DNA of 64,000 bases, from the NCBI GenBank assembly GCA_032161105.1, contig JAVHTD010000002.1; one strand, 5' to 3'. The notes under the pieces were generated by a model. The model did no database searches and was not told where the DNA came from. It saw nothing but the letters and a program-made list of their open reading frames with translations. Positions within the stretch are counted from its first letter, which is position 1, and each line of letters starts with the position of its first letter. Below are positions 21,963-33,167 of the stretch, piece after piece. This DNA is from Candidatus Thermosaccharophagus tengchongensis. Its GTDB lineage: Bacteria; Armatimonadota; Fervidibacteria; Fervidibacterales; Thermosaccharophagaceae. A program made the translations under genes and the position numbers.

Positions 21963-22304
21963 ATGGAAGTTAGAAGCGTTGGACGATATATAAGAGTTTC
22001 GCCAAGGAAAGCCAGAAGAGTAGCGTGCTTAGTCAAGGGAAAGCGGGTTGATGAGGCGTTAAACATTCTCTTAACAATTCCATCAAAGCCTGCAAGGTAT
22101 ATTCATAAGCTCCTCAAGTGTGCCGTAGGAAATGCTGAAAATGACTACGAACTGGATAGGGAAAGCCTGTATGTGAAGAATGTAATTGTTGACCAAGGTC
22201 CAATGCTGAAAAGGTGGATACCGAGGGCTCGCGGCAGGGCGGACATGATTCGCAAGCGCACAAGTCATATAACTGTCATAATTCAATCCATTGGTGAAGA
22301 TTAG
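21963..22304 (+). CDS. rplV: 50S ribosomal protein L22
   Basis: [21 protein letters not shown]. Confidence 0.97.
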   Translation: MEVRSVGRYIRVSPRKARRVACLVKGKRVDEALNILLTIPSKPARYIHKLLKCAVGNAENDYELDRESLYVKNVIVDQGPMLKRWIPRARGRADMIRKRTSHITVIIQSIGED

Positions 22305-22318
22305 CGGGGGGTAATGTG

Positions 22319-23062
22319 ATGGGGCAAAAAGTCAACCCAATAGGGCTAAGAATAGGCGTAAATAAGGAATGGCTAAGTAAGTGGTTTGCTGATAAACAAT
22401 ATCAAGAATATTTGCAAGAAGATTTAAAAATCCGAAATCACATTAAGAAAAAGTTAAAGGATGCTGGCATCCCAAGGATTGAAATTGAGCGAAAATCAAG
22501 GCTTGTCATCGTAACAATTTATGCTGCCCGACCGGGGATGGTTATTGGACATAGGGGGAGAGGAGTTGAGGAGTTGAAAAAAGAGCTTGAGGAGATGACG
22601 GGGCGTGAGATGCATATAACCGTCAAAGAGGTGGAGAACCCGGAGCTTGAAGCTCAACTTGTTGCGGAAAATATAGCTCAACAGATTGAGAGGCGCGTCT
22701 CGTGGCGTAGAGCAATGCGCCAGGCGATATTGAGGTCCATGAGCGCTGGTGCACAAGGCATAAAGGTGATTGTCAGTGGGAGACTTGGTGGAGCCGAACT
22801 TGCACGGGACGAAAGCTTGATGGATGGAAAAGTTCCGCTGCACACATTGAGAGCGGATATTGACTATGGCTTTAGTGAGGCGAAAACAAAATATGGCATG
22901 ATAGGGGTGCATGTGTGGATTTATCGCGGTGATATCATAGAAAAAGCTGAGGAACGCTTGGTGCTTGCGGCGAGGGCTGGGAAGCCAATAGCGCCCAGAC
23001 TCCTCGTCGCAGCCACTGAACTTGAGGAGGAGGCAGAAGATGTTACAGCCGAGGAGGCGTAA
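22319..23062 (+). CDS. rpsC: 30S ribosomal protein S3
   Basis: [30 protein letters not shown]; acidic C-terminal tail. Confidence 0.98.
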   Translation: MGQKVNPIGLRIGVNKEWLSKWFADKQYQEYLQEDLKIRNHIKKKLKDAGIPRIEIERKSRLVIVTIYAARPGMVIGHRGRGVEELKKELEEMTGREMHITVKEVENPELEAQLVAENIAQQIERRVSWRRAMRQAILRSMSAGAQGIKVIVSGRLGGAELARDESLMDGKVPLHTLRADIDYGFSEAKTKYGMIGVHVWIYRGDIIEKAEERLVLAARAGKPIAPRLLVAATELEEEAEDVTAEEA

Positions 23063-23462
23063 ATATCGCAAGGAACAACGCGGGGCATGTAGAGGGAAAG
23101 CCACAAGGACAAACACGATCGTAAATGGTGAATTTGCCATTCAAGCGCTCGAGCCGGGCTGGGTTACGGCTCGGCAGATAGAGGCTGCGAGGGTGGCAAT
23201 TGCTAACTATGTTCGCAGGGAGGCAAAAGTGTGGATTCGTATTTTCCCATATAAACCTGTGACAAAAAAGCCATTAGAAAGCCGAATGGGTGGCGGCAAG
23301 GGCGACCCGGAGGAGTATGTGGCTGTTGTTAAGCGCGGCACTGTGTTGTTTGAGATTGGGGGAATTAGTGCCGATGTAGCCGTGGAAGCTCTGAGGAGAG
23401 CCTCGCATAAGTTGCCGATAAAAACCCGTATTATTTCGAGAGAGGTGCTTCCGCATGCCTGA
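23040..23462 (+). CDS. rplP: 50S ribosomal protein L16
   Basis: MLQP, RQIEAAR, RMGGGKG, HKLPIK. Confidence 0.97.
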   Translation: MLQPRRRKYRKEQRGACRGKATRTNTIVNGEFAIQALEPGWVTARQIEAARVAIANYVRREAKVWIRIFPYKPVTKKPLESRMGGGKGDPEEYVAVVKRGTVLFEIGGISADVAVEALRRASHKLPIKTRIISREVLPHA

Positions 23463-23676
23463 AGAGAAGCGCCGAGAACAGTTGCAGAATCTTAGACAGC
23501 TTTCCCTTAACGAGCTTTTGAAAGAGCTTGAGGAAACCAGAAAAGAGTTGTTTATGACAAGAGCTCAAGTTGCAACTTTCAGCCAAACTAATGTCGCTCG
23601 AATCAGAATGCTAAAGCGAAAGGTGGCACGCATTCTTACAATTTTGAGGGAAAGGGAATTGCTCGGAATTGAGTAG
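23455..23676 (+). CDS. rpmC: 50S ribosomal protein L29
   Basis: [23 protein letters not shown]; position after rplP. Confidence 0.92.
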   Translation: MPEEKRREQLQNLRQLSLNELLKELEETRKELFMTRAQVATFSQTNVARIRMLKRKVARILTILRERELLGIE

Positions 23677-23728
23677 GACTCCCCAAAAGTTAAGGATAAC
23701 TTATCCAAGTTGGGAGGAGGAGAAACTG

Positions 23729-24091
23729 ATGGAAATTGAGCGAGGAAAGAGGAAGAAGCGAATTGGTGTGGTTGTAAGCGATAAAATGGACAAAACGGTC
23801 GTTATAATGGTAGAAAGGCTCGTGAGGCATCCTTTGTATAAAAAAGTTTTGCGCAGGCGGAAAAAATATTATGCTCACGATGAAAACAATGAGTGCCGCA
23901 TCGGGGATGTCGTGGAAATTATGGAAACAAGACCTTTAAGCAAGCTGAAAAGGTGGCGTGTAGTTCGCATAATTGAGAGGGCAAAGGTGGCTGCACCGAT
24001 GCCTGCATATGAAGCTAAAGAGGTTGAGGAAGTGGCAGTAACACCACCGGAGCTTTTGGAAGAGCAAAAACTTGAAACTCAGGAGGGGTGA
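23729..24091 (+). CDS. rpsQ: 30S ribosomal protein S17 with acidic C-terminal extension
   Basis: [38 protein letters not shown] before the ATG at 23729. Confidence 0.96.
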   Translation: MEIERGKRKKRIGVVVSDKMDKTVVIMVERLVRHPLYKKVLRRRKKYYAHDENNECRIGDVVEIMETRPLSKLKRWRVVRIIERAKVAAPMPAYEAKEVEEVAVTPPELLEEQKLETQEG

Positions 24092-24098
24092 GAGTTTT

Positions 24099-26183
24099 AT
24101 GGATCTGATAGAGCCTGAAGCGATTAGGAATGTGGCTTTAATTGGTCAAGGTGGGTCTGGAAAAACTTCTTTGGCGGATGCCATTTTATGGGTTACTAAC
24201 ATGGTTGACAGGCAGGGAAAAGTGGAGAGGGGGACGAGCGTTTTTGATTATGAAGAGGATGAAAAGCAAAGGCAGCACAGTATAAATCTCGCCATTGGAC
24301 ATTGCAATTGGCGTGGGCATTTGATTAACATAATTGACACTCCAGGTGGAATTGATTTTGTCGGAGATGCATATGCAGCCTTGCGCGCTGTAGATGGGGT
24401 AGTTCTCGTCTTGGATGCCGGAGAGGGGCTTGAATTTCAAGCGGAGAAATTGTGGGCGAAGGCGGGTGAATATGGACTTACAAGGTTAATCTTTATGACA
24501 AAGCTGGACAGCGATAAAGCCGATTTTGAGAATCTTTTGTCCCAAGCCGGCGAAAAGCTTGCAACCAAGATTGTCCCTCTAACTTTGCCGCTCGGTGAGC
24601 GATCCGAGCACAGGGGTGTTATTGATGTTATATCTCAAAAAGCGTTTACATTTACGGAGAGGGGCGAACCGTTAGAATGCGAAATTCCGGGAGATATGTC
24701 GGAAAAGCTGGCGAAGTATTGGGAGGAAGTTGTTGAAGTTGCTGCGGAAAGTAATGACGAGTTACTTGAGAAATATGTTGAAGGGCATGAATTGACGAAG
24801 GCGGAAATTATGCAAGGTTTCACAAGAGCTGTGATGTCTGGGGCAGCATCACCAGTTTTATGCGGCTCGGGTGCCAAATGCACTGGGATTCCGTTCCTTC
24901 TCGATTCCATCATCAACTTTATCCCTTCCCCTGTTCAGCGTCCATCAATTGAGGCTAAGACGCCCGGGGATGGGAAGGTGGTTAACATAATTCCCGACCC
25001 AAATAAGCCTCTTGCAGCTTTGGTTTTCAAAACGGTGACTGACCCTTATGTTGGGCGCATCAATTACTTTCGCGTATTTTCCGGGACAATATCGTCAGAT
25101 TCTGTCGTGTTTAATGCTAACGAAGGAAGGCGTGAGCGTGTGGGGCAACTCTTTGTTCCTCAGGGTAAAAGCATTGAGTCAATAGGGGTGGCTTGCACAG
25201 GGCAAATAGCAGCAGTTACTAAGTTGGAAGTTACACGAACAGGTCACACGCTTTGTGACGAATCTCATGCGGTGTTGCTACCACCGATAGAGTTCCCAAC
25301 TCCTGTAATGGAACTGGCAGTTCATCCCAAAACAAGGGGTGATGAAGACAAGCTCCTCAGCGGTTTGCAAAGGTTGCAAGAGGAAGACGGGGCATTTAAG
25401 TGGTTCAGGAATAACGAAACTGGCGAGACGATAATTGCCGGTTTGGGAGACTTACATCTTGAAGTTGCAGTTGAGCGCTTAAGGCGGAAGTTTGGCGCTA
25501 ATGTTGAGGTCGTTTTGCCAAAGATACCGTATAAAGAGACCATCCGGAAGAAGGGGAGAGGTGAAGGAAGATATATCCGTCAGACTGGTGGCAGAGGGCA
25601 ATACGGCGTAGTGTGGCTTGAGGTTGAGCCACTTGAGCGCGGAGAAGGGTTTGAGTTCGTTGATGCCATAGTTGGCGGTGTGATACCGAGTAAGTTCATC
25701 CCATCGGTTGAAAAGGGCGTCGTTGAGGCTATGCAGCATGGAGTTCTCGCCGGTTATCCAGTTGTGGATGTGAAAGTTACATTGTTTGATGGCAAGCATC
25801 ATGAAGTTGATTCGTCCGACATAGCTTTCAAAAATGCCGGAGCTATCGCATTTCGCAATGTGATATCACAATGTGATCCTTACCTGCTTGAACCAATCAT
25901 GGAAGTTGAGATAATAGTGCCAGAGGAGAATATGGGCGATATAATTGGAGATTTAAACGGGAAAAGGGGGAGAATACTTGGGATAGAATCCATAGACGGA
26001 ATGCAGAAAATACACGCTTTGGTTCCACTCGCCGAAATGCAGAGGTATGCAACCACTCTGAGATCGCTGACCAGAGGGCGCGGGCAATATTCAATGAAGT
26101 TCTCACACTATGAAGAAGTTCCTCCACACATTGCTGAGAGGATAATTGAAGAGGCGAGGAGAAAAGCAAGTGAGCAGAAGTAG
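24099..26183 (+). CDS. Second elongation factor G paralog (EF-G2/EF-G-like), divergent G domain
   Basis: Full five-domain EF-G ([30 protein letters not shown]), but the G motifs read [19 protein letters not shown] and TKLD. Confidence 0.93.
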   Translation: MDLIEPEAIRNVALIGQGGSGKTSLADAILWVTNMVDRQGKVERGTSVFDYEEDEKQRQHSINLAIGHCNWRGHLINIIDTPGGIDFVGDAYAALRAVDGVVLVLDAGEGLEFQAEKLWAKAGEYGLTRLIFMTKLDSDKADFENLLSQAGEKLATKIVPLTLPLGERSEHRGVIDVISQKAFTFTERGEPLECEIPGDMSEKLAKYWEEVVEVAAESNDELLEKYVEGHELTKAEIMQGFTRAVMSGAASPVLCGSGAKCTGIPFLLDSIINFIPSPVQRPSIEAKTPGDGKVVNIIPDPNKPLAALVFKTVTDPYVGRINYFRVFSGTISSDSVVFNANEGRRERVGQLFVPQGKSIESIGVACTGQIAAVTKLEVTRTGHTLCDESHAVLLPPIEFPTPVMELAVHPKTRGDEDKLLSGLQRLQEEDGAFKWFRNNETGETIIAGLGDLHLEVAVERLRRKFGANVEVVLPKIPYKETIRKKGRGEGRYIRQTGGRGQYGVVWLEVEPLERGEGFEFVDAIVGGVIPSKFIPSVEKGVVEAMQHGVLAGYPVVDVKVTLFDGKHHEVDSSDIAFKNAGAIAFRNVISQCDPYLLEPIMEVEIIVPEENMGDIIGDLNGKRGRILGIESIDGMQKIHALVPLAEMQRYATTLRSLTRGRGQYSMKFSHYEEVPPHIAERIIEEARRKASEQK

Positions 26184-26206
26184 CAAAAGTAAAGGGGTTG
26201 AGTGGT

Positions 26207-26575
26207 ATGATAATGCCGCAGACAAGGCTAAAAGTTGCCGATAACTCTGGAGCAAGAGAGATTATGTGCATTAGAGTTTTGAGGGGCAGAAGTGCAAGAT
26301 ACGGTAACATAGGTGATGTCATTGTTGCCTCAGTTAAAGATGCCGTCCCCGGTGCAGCGGTTTCTCAAGGGGATGTTGTGAAAGCCGTGATTGTGAGAAC
26401 CAAGTATGGAATTAGGCGCCCAGATGGCTCATACTTGCGATTTGACGAAAATGCAGCTGTTATAATAGACCACCAGAATAACCCGATTGGAACAAGGGTG
26501 TTTGGGCCTGTTGCAAGGGAGTTGAGGGATAAACAGTTTCTCAAAATAGTCTCGCTTGCGCCAGAAGTCGTATGA
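26207..26575 (+). CDS. rplN: 50S ribosomal protein L14
   Basis: [32 protein letters not shown]. Confidence 0.98.
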   Translation: MIMPQTRLKVADNSGAREIMCIRVLRGRSARYGNIGDVIVASVKDAVPGAAVSQGDVVKAVIVRTKYGIRRPDGSYLRFDENAAVIIDHQNNPIGTRVFGPVARELRDKQFLKIVSLAPEVV

Positions 26576-26585
26576 GGTGAGTGGA

Positions 26586-26918
26586 ATGCCAAGTATGGGG
26601 ATAAAAACCGGTGATACAGTAATTGTAATTTCAGGTGTTGACAAAGGCAAGAGAGGAAGAGTAATAAAGGCGATGCCAAGAGAGGGTAAAGTGGTTGTTG
26701 AGGGTGTCAATTTGAGGTGGAAACATCAGCGCTTTCAGAGGACAAGGACTTTGCAAGTTCAAAGTGGGAGAATACAGATCCCTATGCCAATACCGAGAAG
26801 CAAAGTCATGCTCGTCTGTCCGCATTGTGACCGTCCAACTCGCATCAGAAAAGTTTTCACTGCTGATGGGAGAAAGGTTAGGGCGTGCAAAAAATGCAGC
26901 GAATTGATTGATGAATGA
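26586..26918 (+). CDS. rplX: 50S ribosomal protein L24
   Basis: KTGDTVIVISGVDKGK KOW motif, VVVEGVN, CPHC...CKKC. Confidence 0.96.
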   Translation: MPSMGIKTGDTVIVISGVDKGKRGRVIKAMPREGKVVVEGVNLRWKHQRFQRTRTLQVQSGRIQIPMPIPRSKVMLVCPHCDRPTRIRKVFTADGRKVRACKKCSELIDE

Positions 26919-26932
26919 CAGGGTGAGCGGAG

Positions 26933-27496
26933 ATGGCGGAAGAGTATAAGCCAAGATTGAAGGAAAAATGGGAAAAAGAGGTTGTGCCCCTCTTGATGAA
27001 GCAATTTGGCTATAAAAATATCATGCAGGTTCCAAAGCCGATCAAGGTGACAATCAATGTTGGCGTTGGTGATGCTAAAGATGATGCAAAGTATTTGGAT
27101 TCCACGATGAAGGAATTGGCGATGATAACTGGGCAAAAGCCAGCATTAAGAAGGGCTAAACGGTCAATTGCCGGATTTAAGTTAAGAAAGGGTCAACCAG
27201 TCGGCTGTGTTGTGACACTGAGACGAGCCAGAATGTGGGAGTTCCTTGACAGACTAATCAATGCAGCTTTGCCAAGAATTCGGGATTTTAAGGGTTTGCC
27301 TCAGGATGCCTTTGATGGGCATGGCAACTATAACTTGGGAGTTGAAGAGCAATTGATTTTCCCCGAACTTAGTTATGACGATATTGCGAAAGTGAGAGGC
27401 ATGAATATCACTATAGTCACAAGCGCAAAGACAGATGAGGAAGCGTTAGCGCTATTGAAAGCCCTTGGTATGCCATTCCGAAATGGAGGAAGGTGA
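26933..27496 (+). CDS. rplE: 50S ribosomal protein L5
   Basis: [28 protein letters not shown]. Confidence 0.98.
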   Translation: MAEEYKPRLKEKWEKEVVPLLMKQFGYKNIMQVPKPIKVTINVGVGDAKDDAKYLDSTMKELAMITGQKPALRRAKRSIAGFKLRKGQPVGCVVTLRRARMWEFLDRLINAALPRIRDFKGLPQDAFDGHGNYNLGVEEQLIFPELSYDDIAKVRGMNITIVTSAKTDEEALALLKALGMPFRNGGR

Positions 27497-27500
27497 TAAG

Positions 27501-27686
27501 ATGCCCAGGAAAGCACTGATTGTCAAGGCGCAAAAAGAGCCAAAATTTAAGGTGAGAAAGGTCAACCGTTGCCAAAGATGTGGGCGTGCGAGGGCTTATT
27601 TTCGCAAGTTTGGGCTCTGTAGAATATGCCTTCGGCAGCTGGCAAGTCAAGGTTTGATACCGGGAGTTAAGAAGGCAAGTTGGTAG
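27501..27686 (+). CDS. rpsN: 30S ribosomal protein S14, Zn-binding type
   Basis: RCQRCGR...GLCRIC.R...PGVKKASW. Confidence 0.96.
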   Translation: MPRKALIVKAQKEPKFKVRKVNRCQRCGRARAYFRKFGLCRICLRQLASQGLIPGVKKASW

Positions 27687-27712
27687 GAACGAAAGTGGGG
27701 TGAATCTATGAA

Positions 27713-28111
27713 ATGCCAGTTACTGATCCAATTGCTGACATGTTAATTCAAATTAAAAATGCAGCACAAGCAAAACTTAATAGGGTGCGGATACCTGCAT
27801 CAAATGTTAAACGAGAAATTGCCAGAGTTTTGAAGGAGAACGGATATATTTCGGATTACAAACTTGTCCGAGGCAGGAAACAGGGGATCTTGATCATATA
27901 CCTCCGTTACATTAACGGGAAAAAACCCGTTATAACTGGGGTTAAAAGGGTGAGCAAACCTGGCAGGCGAATTTATGTTAAGGCAAGCGAGATACCGAGG
28001 GTGCAGGATGGCTTTGGCATTGCTATACTTTCGACTTCACAGGGGATAATGTCTGACATTGAGGCGAGAAAGAAGAAAATTGGTGGGGAAGTTTTGGCGT
28101 ATGTATGGTGA
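27713..28111 (+). CDS. rpsH: 30S ribosomal protein S8
   Basis: TDPIADML, SKPGRRIY, STSQG, GGEVL. Confidence 0.98.
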   Translation: MPVTDPIADMLIQIKNAAQAKLNRVRIPASNVKREIARVLKENGYISDYKLVRGRKQGILIIYLRYINGKKPVITGVKRVSKPGRRIYVKASEIPRVQDGFGIAILSTSQGIMSDIEARKKKIGGEVLAYVW

Positions 28112-28126
28112 CCGGGAGGGGTAAAA

Positions 28127-28702
28127 ATGTCAAGAATTGGGAGAAAACCGATAATAATACCGGATGGGGTAAAAGTGCAGGTGAATGGAAGCACAGTAAT
28201 TGTTGAAGGTCCGAAGGGAAAGCTTGAGCAAAGTTTTCATCCAGACATGATAATTCGCAAGGATAATGGTCAAATAATTGTAGAGCGACCTTCTGACAAC
28301 CGTTTTCATAGATCGCTACACGGCTTGACAAGAACTTTGATAGCTAACATGGTTGAGGGGGTAACACAGGGTTTCCAAAAGGTGCTTGAGGTCAGAGGTA
28401 TGGGCTATAGGGCTGAATTAATTGGACCAAATAAATTGAGATTGCACCTCGGTTTTTCGCATCCCGTTCATTTTGAGGCTCCGGATGGAATAACTTTTGA
28501 AGTGGAATCCTTCACCCCAACACAACAAAATCAATACCTTGCAGCCAAAATAACTGTGAAAGGTATTGATAAACAGCTTGTAGGTGATGTTGCGGCAAGA
28601 ATAAGAATGCTGAGGAAGGTTGAGCCATATAAAGGTAAAGGTATAAGATATGCTGATGAATTTGTTCGCTTAAAGCCAGGTAAGCAGGTAAAAAGTAAGT
28701 AA
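28127..28702 (+). CDS. rplF: 50S ribosomal protein L6
   Basis: [22 protein letters not shown]. Confidence 0.98.
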   Translation: MSRIGRKPIIIPDGVKVQVNGSTVIVEGPKGKLEQSFHPDMIIRKDNGQIIVERPSDNRFHRSLHGLTRTLIANMVEGVTQGFQKVLEVRGMGYRAELIGPNKLRLHLGFSHPVHFEAPDGITFEVESFTPTQQNQYLAAKITVKGIDKQLVGDVAARIRMLRKVEPYKGKGIRYADEFVRLKPGKQVKSK

Positions 28703-28718
28703 TGAGGTGCTAAGAATT

Positions 28719-29090
28719 ATGGCAGTCAAGTATGAAACGAGAAGTGAACGGAGGAAAAGGAGGCATTGGCGTATACGAAAAAAGATTTTTGGGACACCTG
28801 AGAGACCAAGATTGGCGGTTTTTGGCAGCTTAAACCATATTTATGCTCAAGTGATCGACGATACAAAGGGGCACACCATTGTATCAGCATCAACCCTTGA
28901 CAAAGAAATATCAGGCAAGGTTAAACATACTGGGAATGTGGAAGCTGCAAAGCTTGTCGGACAGCTCATAGCAAAAAGAGCCCTTGAAAAGGGCATAAAG
29001 ACGGTTGTGTTTGATAGGGGAGGACATGCATATCACGGTCGCGTTAAAGCGCTTGCTGAGGCTGCAAGGGAAGCGGGATTGGAATTTTAG
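28719..29090 (+). CDS. rplR: 50S ribosomal protein L18
   Basis: [25 protein letters not shown]. Confidence 0.97.
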   Translation: MAVKYETRSERRKRRHWRIRKKIFGTPERPRLAVFGSLNHIYAQVIDDTKGHTIVSASTLDKEISGKVKHTGNVEAAKLVGQLIAKRALEKGIKTVVFDRGGHAYHGRVKALAEAAREAGLEF

Positions 29091-29107
29091 AAAGGGGAGG
29101 AAAAAAC

Positions 29108-29761
29108 ATGGATTTGCAAATGGAAGAAAGAGAGGTGCAATACGAGGAAAGGGTTGTTGAAATAAGGCGCGTTTCAAAAACTCACAAAGGTGGGAAAAGA
29201 CTCTCATTTCGGGCACTTGTAGTGGTCGGCGATGGGAAAGGCAGAGTTGGGGCGGCGATTGGAAAGGCATTAACAGTCCCTGAAGCAGTTCGAAAGGCTT
29301 ATGAAAAGGCATGCAAGGAGATGATAAGCATTCCATTAGTCGGAGATACAATTCCGCATGAAGTTATTGGTAAAGCTTGCACGACTAAGGTGCTTTTAAA
29401 ACCGGCAGGGGCTGGAACAGGAGTTATTGCAAGCAGTCCGGTGAGAGCAGTGATGGATGTCTTAGGAGTTAAAAATGTGCTGACAAAAACATTTGGCTCA
29501 AGAAATAAAGTGAATACTGTATGGGCTACTATTGAAGCATTGAAGCAGCTGCGCTCACCAACAGAAGTAGCGGAGGCACGCGGTGTTAGGTTACAGGATC
29601 TTCCAATTCCCGCAAAGATAAGGAGGAGGCTCATTGAGGATGAATTGGCAATGCGACAAGCCGCACGCGAAGTATTTGAAGCTTCGCTTGAAGAAAAGCC
29701 TGATAGGCTATCCGAAGGATCAGAAAGCAACAGCGAAGGCGCTTGGGTTGACAAGGATTAA
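29108..29761 (+). CDS. rpsE: 30S ribosomal protein S5 with long C-terminal extension overlapping rpmD
   Basis: [26 protein letters not shown]. Confidence 0.96.
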   Translation: MDLQMEEREVQYEERVVEIRRVSKTHKGGKRLSFRALVVVGDGKGRVGAAIGKALTVPEAVRKAYEKACKEMISIPLVGDTIPHEVIGKACTTKVLLKPAGAGTGVIASSPVRAVMDVLGVKNVLTKTFGSRNKVNTVWATIEALKQLRSPTEVAEARGVRLQDLPIPAKIRRRLIEDELAMRQAAREVFEASLEEKPDRLSEGSESNSEGAWVDKD

Positions 29762-29861
29762 TCGCACGGTTATAAAGCCGAATAACCCCAGTGTTCGTGG
29801 TATGGTTAGAAAGATTCAACATTTGCTCGATGTTGAGGAGATTAATGTTGCACAGGAGTGA
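29640..29861 (+). CDS. rpmD: 50S ribosomal protein L30
   Basis: KSLIG.PKDQKAT.KALGL...[19 protein letters not shown] at 29621-29629. Confidence 0.9.
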   Translation: MNWQCDKPHAKYLKLRLKKSLIGYPKDQKATAKALGLTRINRTVIKPNNPSVRGMVRKIQHLLDVEEINVAQE

Positions 29862-29867
29862 TGTGGT

Positions 29868-30329
29868 GTGTTAAAGTTAAGTTCTCTTAAGCCAGCATTT
29901 GGCGCAAAGAAAAAACGAAAGCGAGTTGGCAGGGGAATAGCTGCAGGGCAGGGCAAAACTTGCGGTCGTGGGACAAAGGGACAGAAGGCGAGGGAAAATG
30001 TCCCACCATGGTTTGAGGGTGGTCAGACTCCGTTATACAAGCGTGTGCCAAAGTTGCGCGGTGAATCAAAGAAAGCTATGCCGAAGGAGCCGTTCCGAAA
30101 AAACTATGTTTTTGTCAATTTGAAGCAACTTGAGCGCTTTCCGCCAAACACTGAGGTAACGCCTCAGCTCCTGTTAAGTGAGGGTATAATTGACGAGATT
30201 GGCGATGGAGTGCGCATTCTTGGTGAAGGGGAGATAACTAAGCCATTAATAGTCAAAGCTCATCACTTCAGTGAATCTGCCAGGAGAAAAATAGAGATGG
30301 CTGGCGGGAAAGTTGAGGTGATTAAGTAG
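29868..30329 (+). CDS. rplO: 50S ribosomal protein L15
   Basis: [30 protein letters not shown]. Confidence 0.97.
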   Translation: MLKLSSLKPAFGAKKKRKRVGRGIAAGQGKTCGRGTKGQKARENVPPWFEGGQTPLYKRVPKLRGESKKAMPKEPFRKNYVFVNLKQLERFPPNTEVTPQLLLSEGIIDEIGDGVRILGEGEITKPLIVKAHHFSESARRKIEMAGGKVEVIK

Positions 30330-31669
30330 TGCGCCTGCTTGAAAATGTTAAATCGGCGTTAAAACTCCCAGATTTGCGCGCAAGAGTGTTATTTGTATTT
30401 GCAATGTTCGCCATCTACGCGTTTGGAGCACATGTGCCGGTTCCGGGTGTTGATACAAAGGCTTTAAATGAAGCTTTCGCCCAAGGATTTGGCGGTGGAT
30501 TGTTGAGATTGATTAACCTCTTTTCCGGGGGCGCTCTCAAAAGGTTTTCCATATTTGCGCTTGGCATAATGCCATATATAAATGCATCAATAATAATGCA
30601 GTTGCTCGCAGTTGCCATACCATCAATTGAGCAATGGCAAAAGGAAGGGGAATGGGGCAGAAGAAGAATAGCCAAGTTGACAAGGATACTTACGCTTGTT
30701 TCATCCGTTCTGCAGGCGTGGGGGTTCTTGTTCATTTTCCAGCAAACTGGGGCAATAAGGGATGTCCACTTGCTCAATTTAAACAACTGGCGCATTGTGC
30801 TAACCCTTGCGGCTGGGACAGCCGCATTAATGTGGATGGGTGAATTGATAACAGAGAAGGGTGTCGGAAATGGTGTCTCTTTGATAATATTTGCCGGAAT
30901 TATGATGCGACTGCCAACGGATGTCGCCCAAGTCTATGGATTGCTTGCATCTCGTTCTGTTGAGTGGATGAATGTGATCGTTTTATTCGGCTTTTTCCTG
31001 TTAACAGTGATGTTTATTGTCTTTGTGCAGCAGGGGGAGAGGCGCATCCCTGTGCAGTATACACGCAGAGTGATTGGGACAAGAATGATGGGCAGGACAA
31101 GCCATTTACCGCTGCGTGTGAATACAGCCGGAGTTATACCTATAATCTTCGCAATATCGGTGGCTATGTTTCCCGGCACTTTGACATCCATGATCCCGAT
31201 TTTTAAGCCTGGAACGGAGATAACATTGCCACTTTTGGGCAAAATTGATATGGGCTCAATTGGCGCTCGCATACGGGAAATTTTCTACCCGGGCAGCAGC
31301 AATATCGGTTTGTTTCTTTACTTCTTGCTCGTCATTGCCTTCACATATTTTTACACGGCTGTTGTCTTTAATCCGTCGGATTTAGCCGATAATCTGCGTA
31401 AATGGGGTGGTGTCATTCCGGGTGTCAGACCGGGTGCACCCACAGTGCATTATATTGACAGGGTGCTGTCAAGAATAACCTTTGGAGGGGCAATGTTCCT
31501 CGGCATAATTGCAATCCTTGAGTTTCTTGTCCCTCACTGGACAGGGTTGCCTTTGTATGACATTGCCGGTGGGACTTCCATTTTGATTGTGGTTGGGGTC
31601 GCTCTTGAGACAATGCTTCAGCTTGAAGCGCAATTGTTGTCTCGGCAGTATGAACGATTGATAAGGTGA
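30329..31669 (+). CDS. secY: Preprotein translocase subunit SecY
   Basis: SIFALGIMPYINASII, GVGNGVSL, AGVIPIIFA, IPGVRPG, GGTSILIVVGV. Confidence 0.98.
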   Translation: MRLLENVKSALKLPDLRARVLFVFAMFAIYAFGAHVPVPGVDTKALNEAFAQGFGGGLLRLINLFSGGALKRFSIFALGIMPYINASIIMQLLAVAIPSIEQWQKEGEWGRRRIAKLTRILTLVSSVLQAWGFLFIFQQTGAIRDVHLLNLNNWRIVLTLAAGTAALMWMGELITEKGVGNGVSLIIFAGIMMRLPTDVAQVYGLLASRSVEWMNVIVLFGFFLLTVMFIVFVQQGERRIPVQYTRRVIGTRMMGRTSHLPLRVNTAGVIPIIFAISVAMFPGTLTSMIPIFKPGTEITLPLLGKIDMGSIGARIREIFYPGSSNIGLFLYFLLVIAFTYFYTAVVFNPSDLADNLRKWGGVIPGVRPGAPTVHYIDRVLSRITFGGAMFLGIIAILEFLVPHWTGLPLYDIAGGTSILIVVGVALETMLQLEAQLLSRQYERLIR

Positions 31670-31676
31670 TTTTGCA

Positions 31677-32342
31677 GTGATTAATCTCATTTTTCTTGGA
31701 CCGCCGGGGTCGGGAAAAGGAACACAGGCATCTATTATCGCTCGCAAATATAATCTGCTCCATCTCGCTACCGGAGACATATTTCGTGACGAAATTCAAC
31801 GGGGAACCAAACTGGGCAGGGAAGTTGAGGGATACCTGAAAAGGGGGGAACTCGTTCCAGATCATCTGACTGTAGAGGCGCTCAAATCAAGGCTGGAAAT
31901 TGGGTTAAGTTCGGGAAAAGATGGGTTTGTTCTGGATGGCTTTCCCAGGACAGATAATCAGGCGAAAGAACTTGACAATTTGCTGAATCGAATGAATCTC
32001 ACATTAACAGCTGTTTTGTTAATTGATGTAGATGAAAGTGAAATTATTCAACGCCTATCCGGGAGAAGAATTTGCCAAAGTTGTGGCTCTGTCTACCACA
32101 TAATTCACAATCCGCCAAAGGTGGACGAAATATGCGATTTATGTGGCGAGAAGCTCGTTCAAAGGGAGGATGATAAACCCGAAATTATCAAAAGGAGACT
32201 GGAAGTTTACCATGAGCAAACGAAACCTGTTATGCTGTATTATGCGGGAAAAGGGCTTTTATATCGTGTAGATGGATCCGGCAGTGTTGAGGAAGTTGAG
32301 CAGAGGATTGAAGAGATTCTGGGTTCATTGAAGAGGGCTTAA
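31677..32342 (+). CDS. adk: Adenylate kinase (Zn-lid type)
   Basis: GPPGSGKGTQ, LDGFPR, lid CQSC...CDLC. Confidence 0.97.
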   Translation: MINLIFLGPPGSGKGTQASIIARKYNLLHLATGDIFRDEIQRGTKLGREVEGYLKRGELVPDHLTVEALKSRLEIGLSSGKDGFVLDGFPRTDNQAKELDNLLNRMNLTLTAVLLIDVDESEIIQRLSGRRICQSCGSVYHIIHNPPKVDEICDLCGEKLVQREDDKPEIIKRRLEVYHEQTKPVMLYYAGKGLLYRVDGSGSVEEVEQRIEEILGSLKRA

Positions 32343-32345
32343 AGA

Positions 32346-33155
32346 ATGCGGCGTATGCTTTGGAAAAAGGGCATAATTTTGAAAGGGGAAGAGGAAATCA
32401 AAAAAATGCGAATTGCTGGCATGATAGTTTACGGGGCATTGAGGGAGATGGCAATGGCTATCCAACCCGGAATAACTCCACTTTACTTGGACAAATTGGC
32501 GGAGAATTATATAAGGAGATGTGGCGCAATTCCTTCGTTTCTCGGTTATAAGGGGTATCCAGCGTCAACATGTATAGCAGTGAACGAGCAAGTTGTCCAC
32601 GCGATACCAAATGATAGACCGCTGAAAGAGGGTGATGTTGTGGGGTTGGATGTGGCTGCATGTTGGGATGGATATCACGCAGACGCAGCAATAACAGTCA
32701 CTGTTGGGAGGGTGAGCGAAATTCACAAAAATTTGGTAAAAACTGCGGCAAAAGCTCTATGGATTGGGATAAAGGAAGCTTCGCCTGGGAAACCACTCTC
32801 CCGCATCGGTGCTGCGATACAAAATTATGTTGAAACAAGGGGTTTTCATGTGGTTCGTGATTTGGTCGGGCATGGCATCGGAAAAAATTTGCATGAGAAG
32901 CCGGAAGTTCCGCACTACTTTACAAAAATGTTGGATGATATTACCCTTGTCCCCGGAATGACATTTTGTATAGAACCAATGGTAAATGTCGGGACATGTG
33001 AAGTGGCATATCTAAGCGATGGATGGACTGTAGTAACGGCTGATGGCAGCTATTCGGCTCATTTTGAGCATACAATTGCTATTACGAGAGAAGGAGTTGC
33101 AATATTGACGCTTGGTCCAAACGATGAAGATGATTTGTGGCGTGTTGAAGATTGA
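32346..33155 (+). CDS. map: Methionine aminopeptidase type I
   Basis: VVHAIP, DGYHAD, GHGIG..LHE, IEPM, SAHFEHT. Confidence 0.96.
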   Translation: MRRMLWKKGIILKGEEEIKKMRIAGMIVYGALREMAMAIQPGITPLYLDKLAENYIRRCGAIPSFLGYKGYPASTCIAVNEQVVHAIPNDRPLKEGDVVGLDVAACWDGYHADAAITVTVGRVSEIHKNLVKTAAKALWIGIKEASPGKPLSRIGAAIQNYVETRGFHVVRDLVGHGIGKNLHEKPEVPHYFTKMLDDITLVPGMTFCIEPMVNVGTCEVAYLSDGWTVVTADGSYSAHFEHTIAITREGVAILTLGPNDEDDLWRVED

Positions 33156-33167
33156 GGTGATATTACT

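Noticed and set aside
22496..23140. Long antisense ORFs within core genes (also 45007-45735, 45910-46659, 49903-50565, 56929-57729)
   Set aside because: Shadow ORFs opposite well-supported genes, with no motifs of their own
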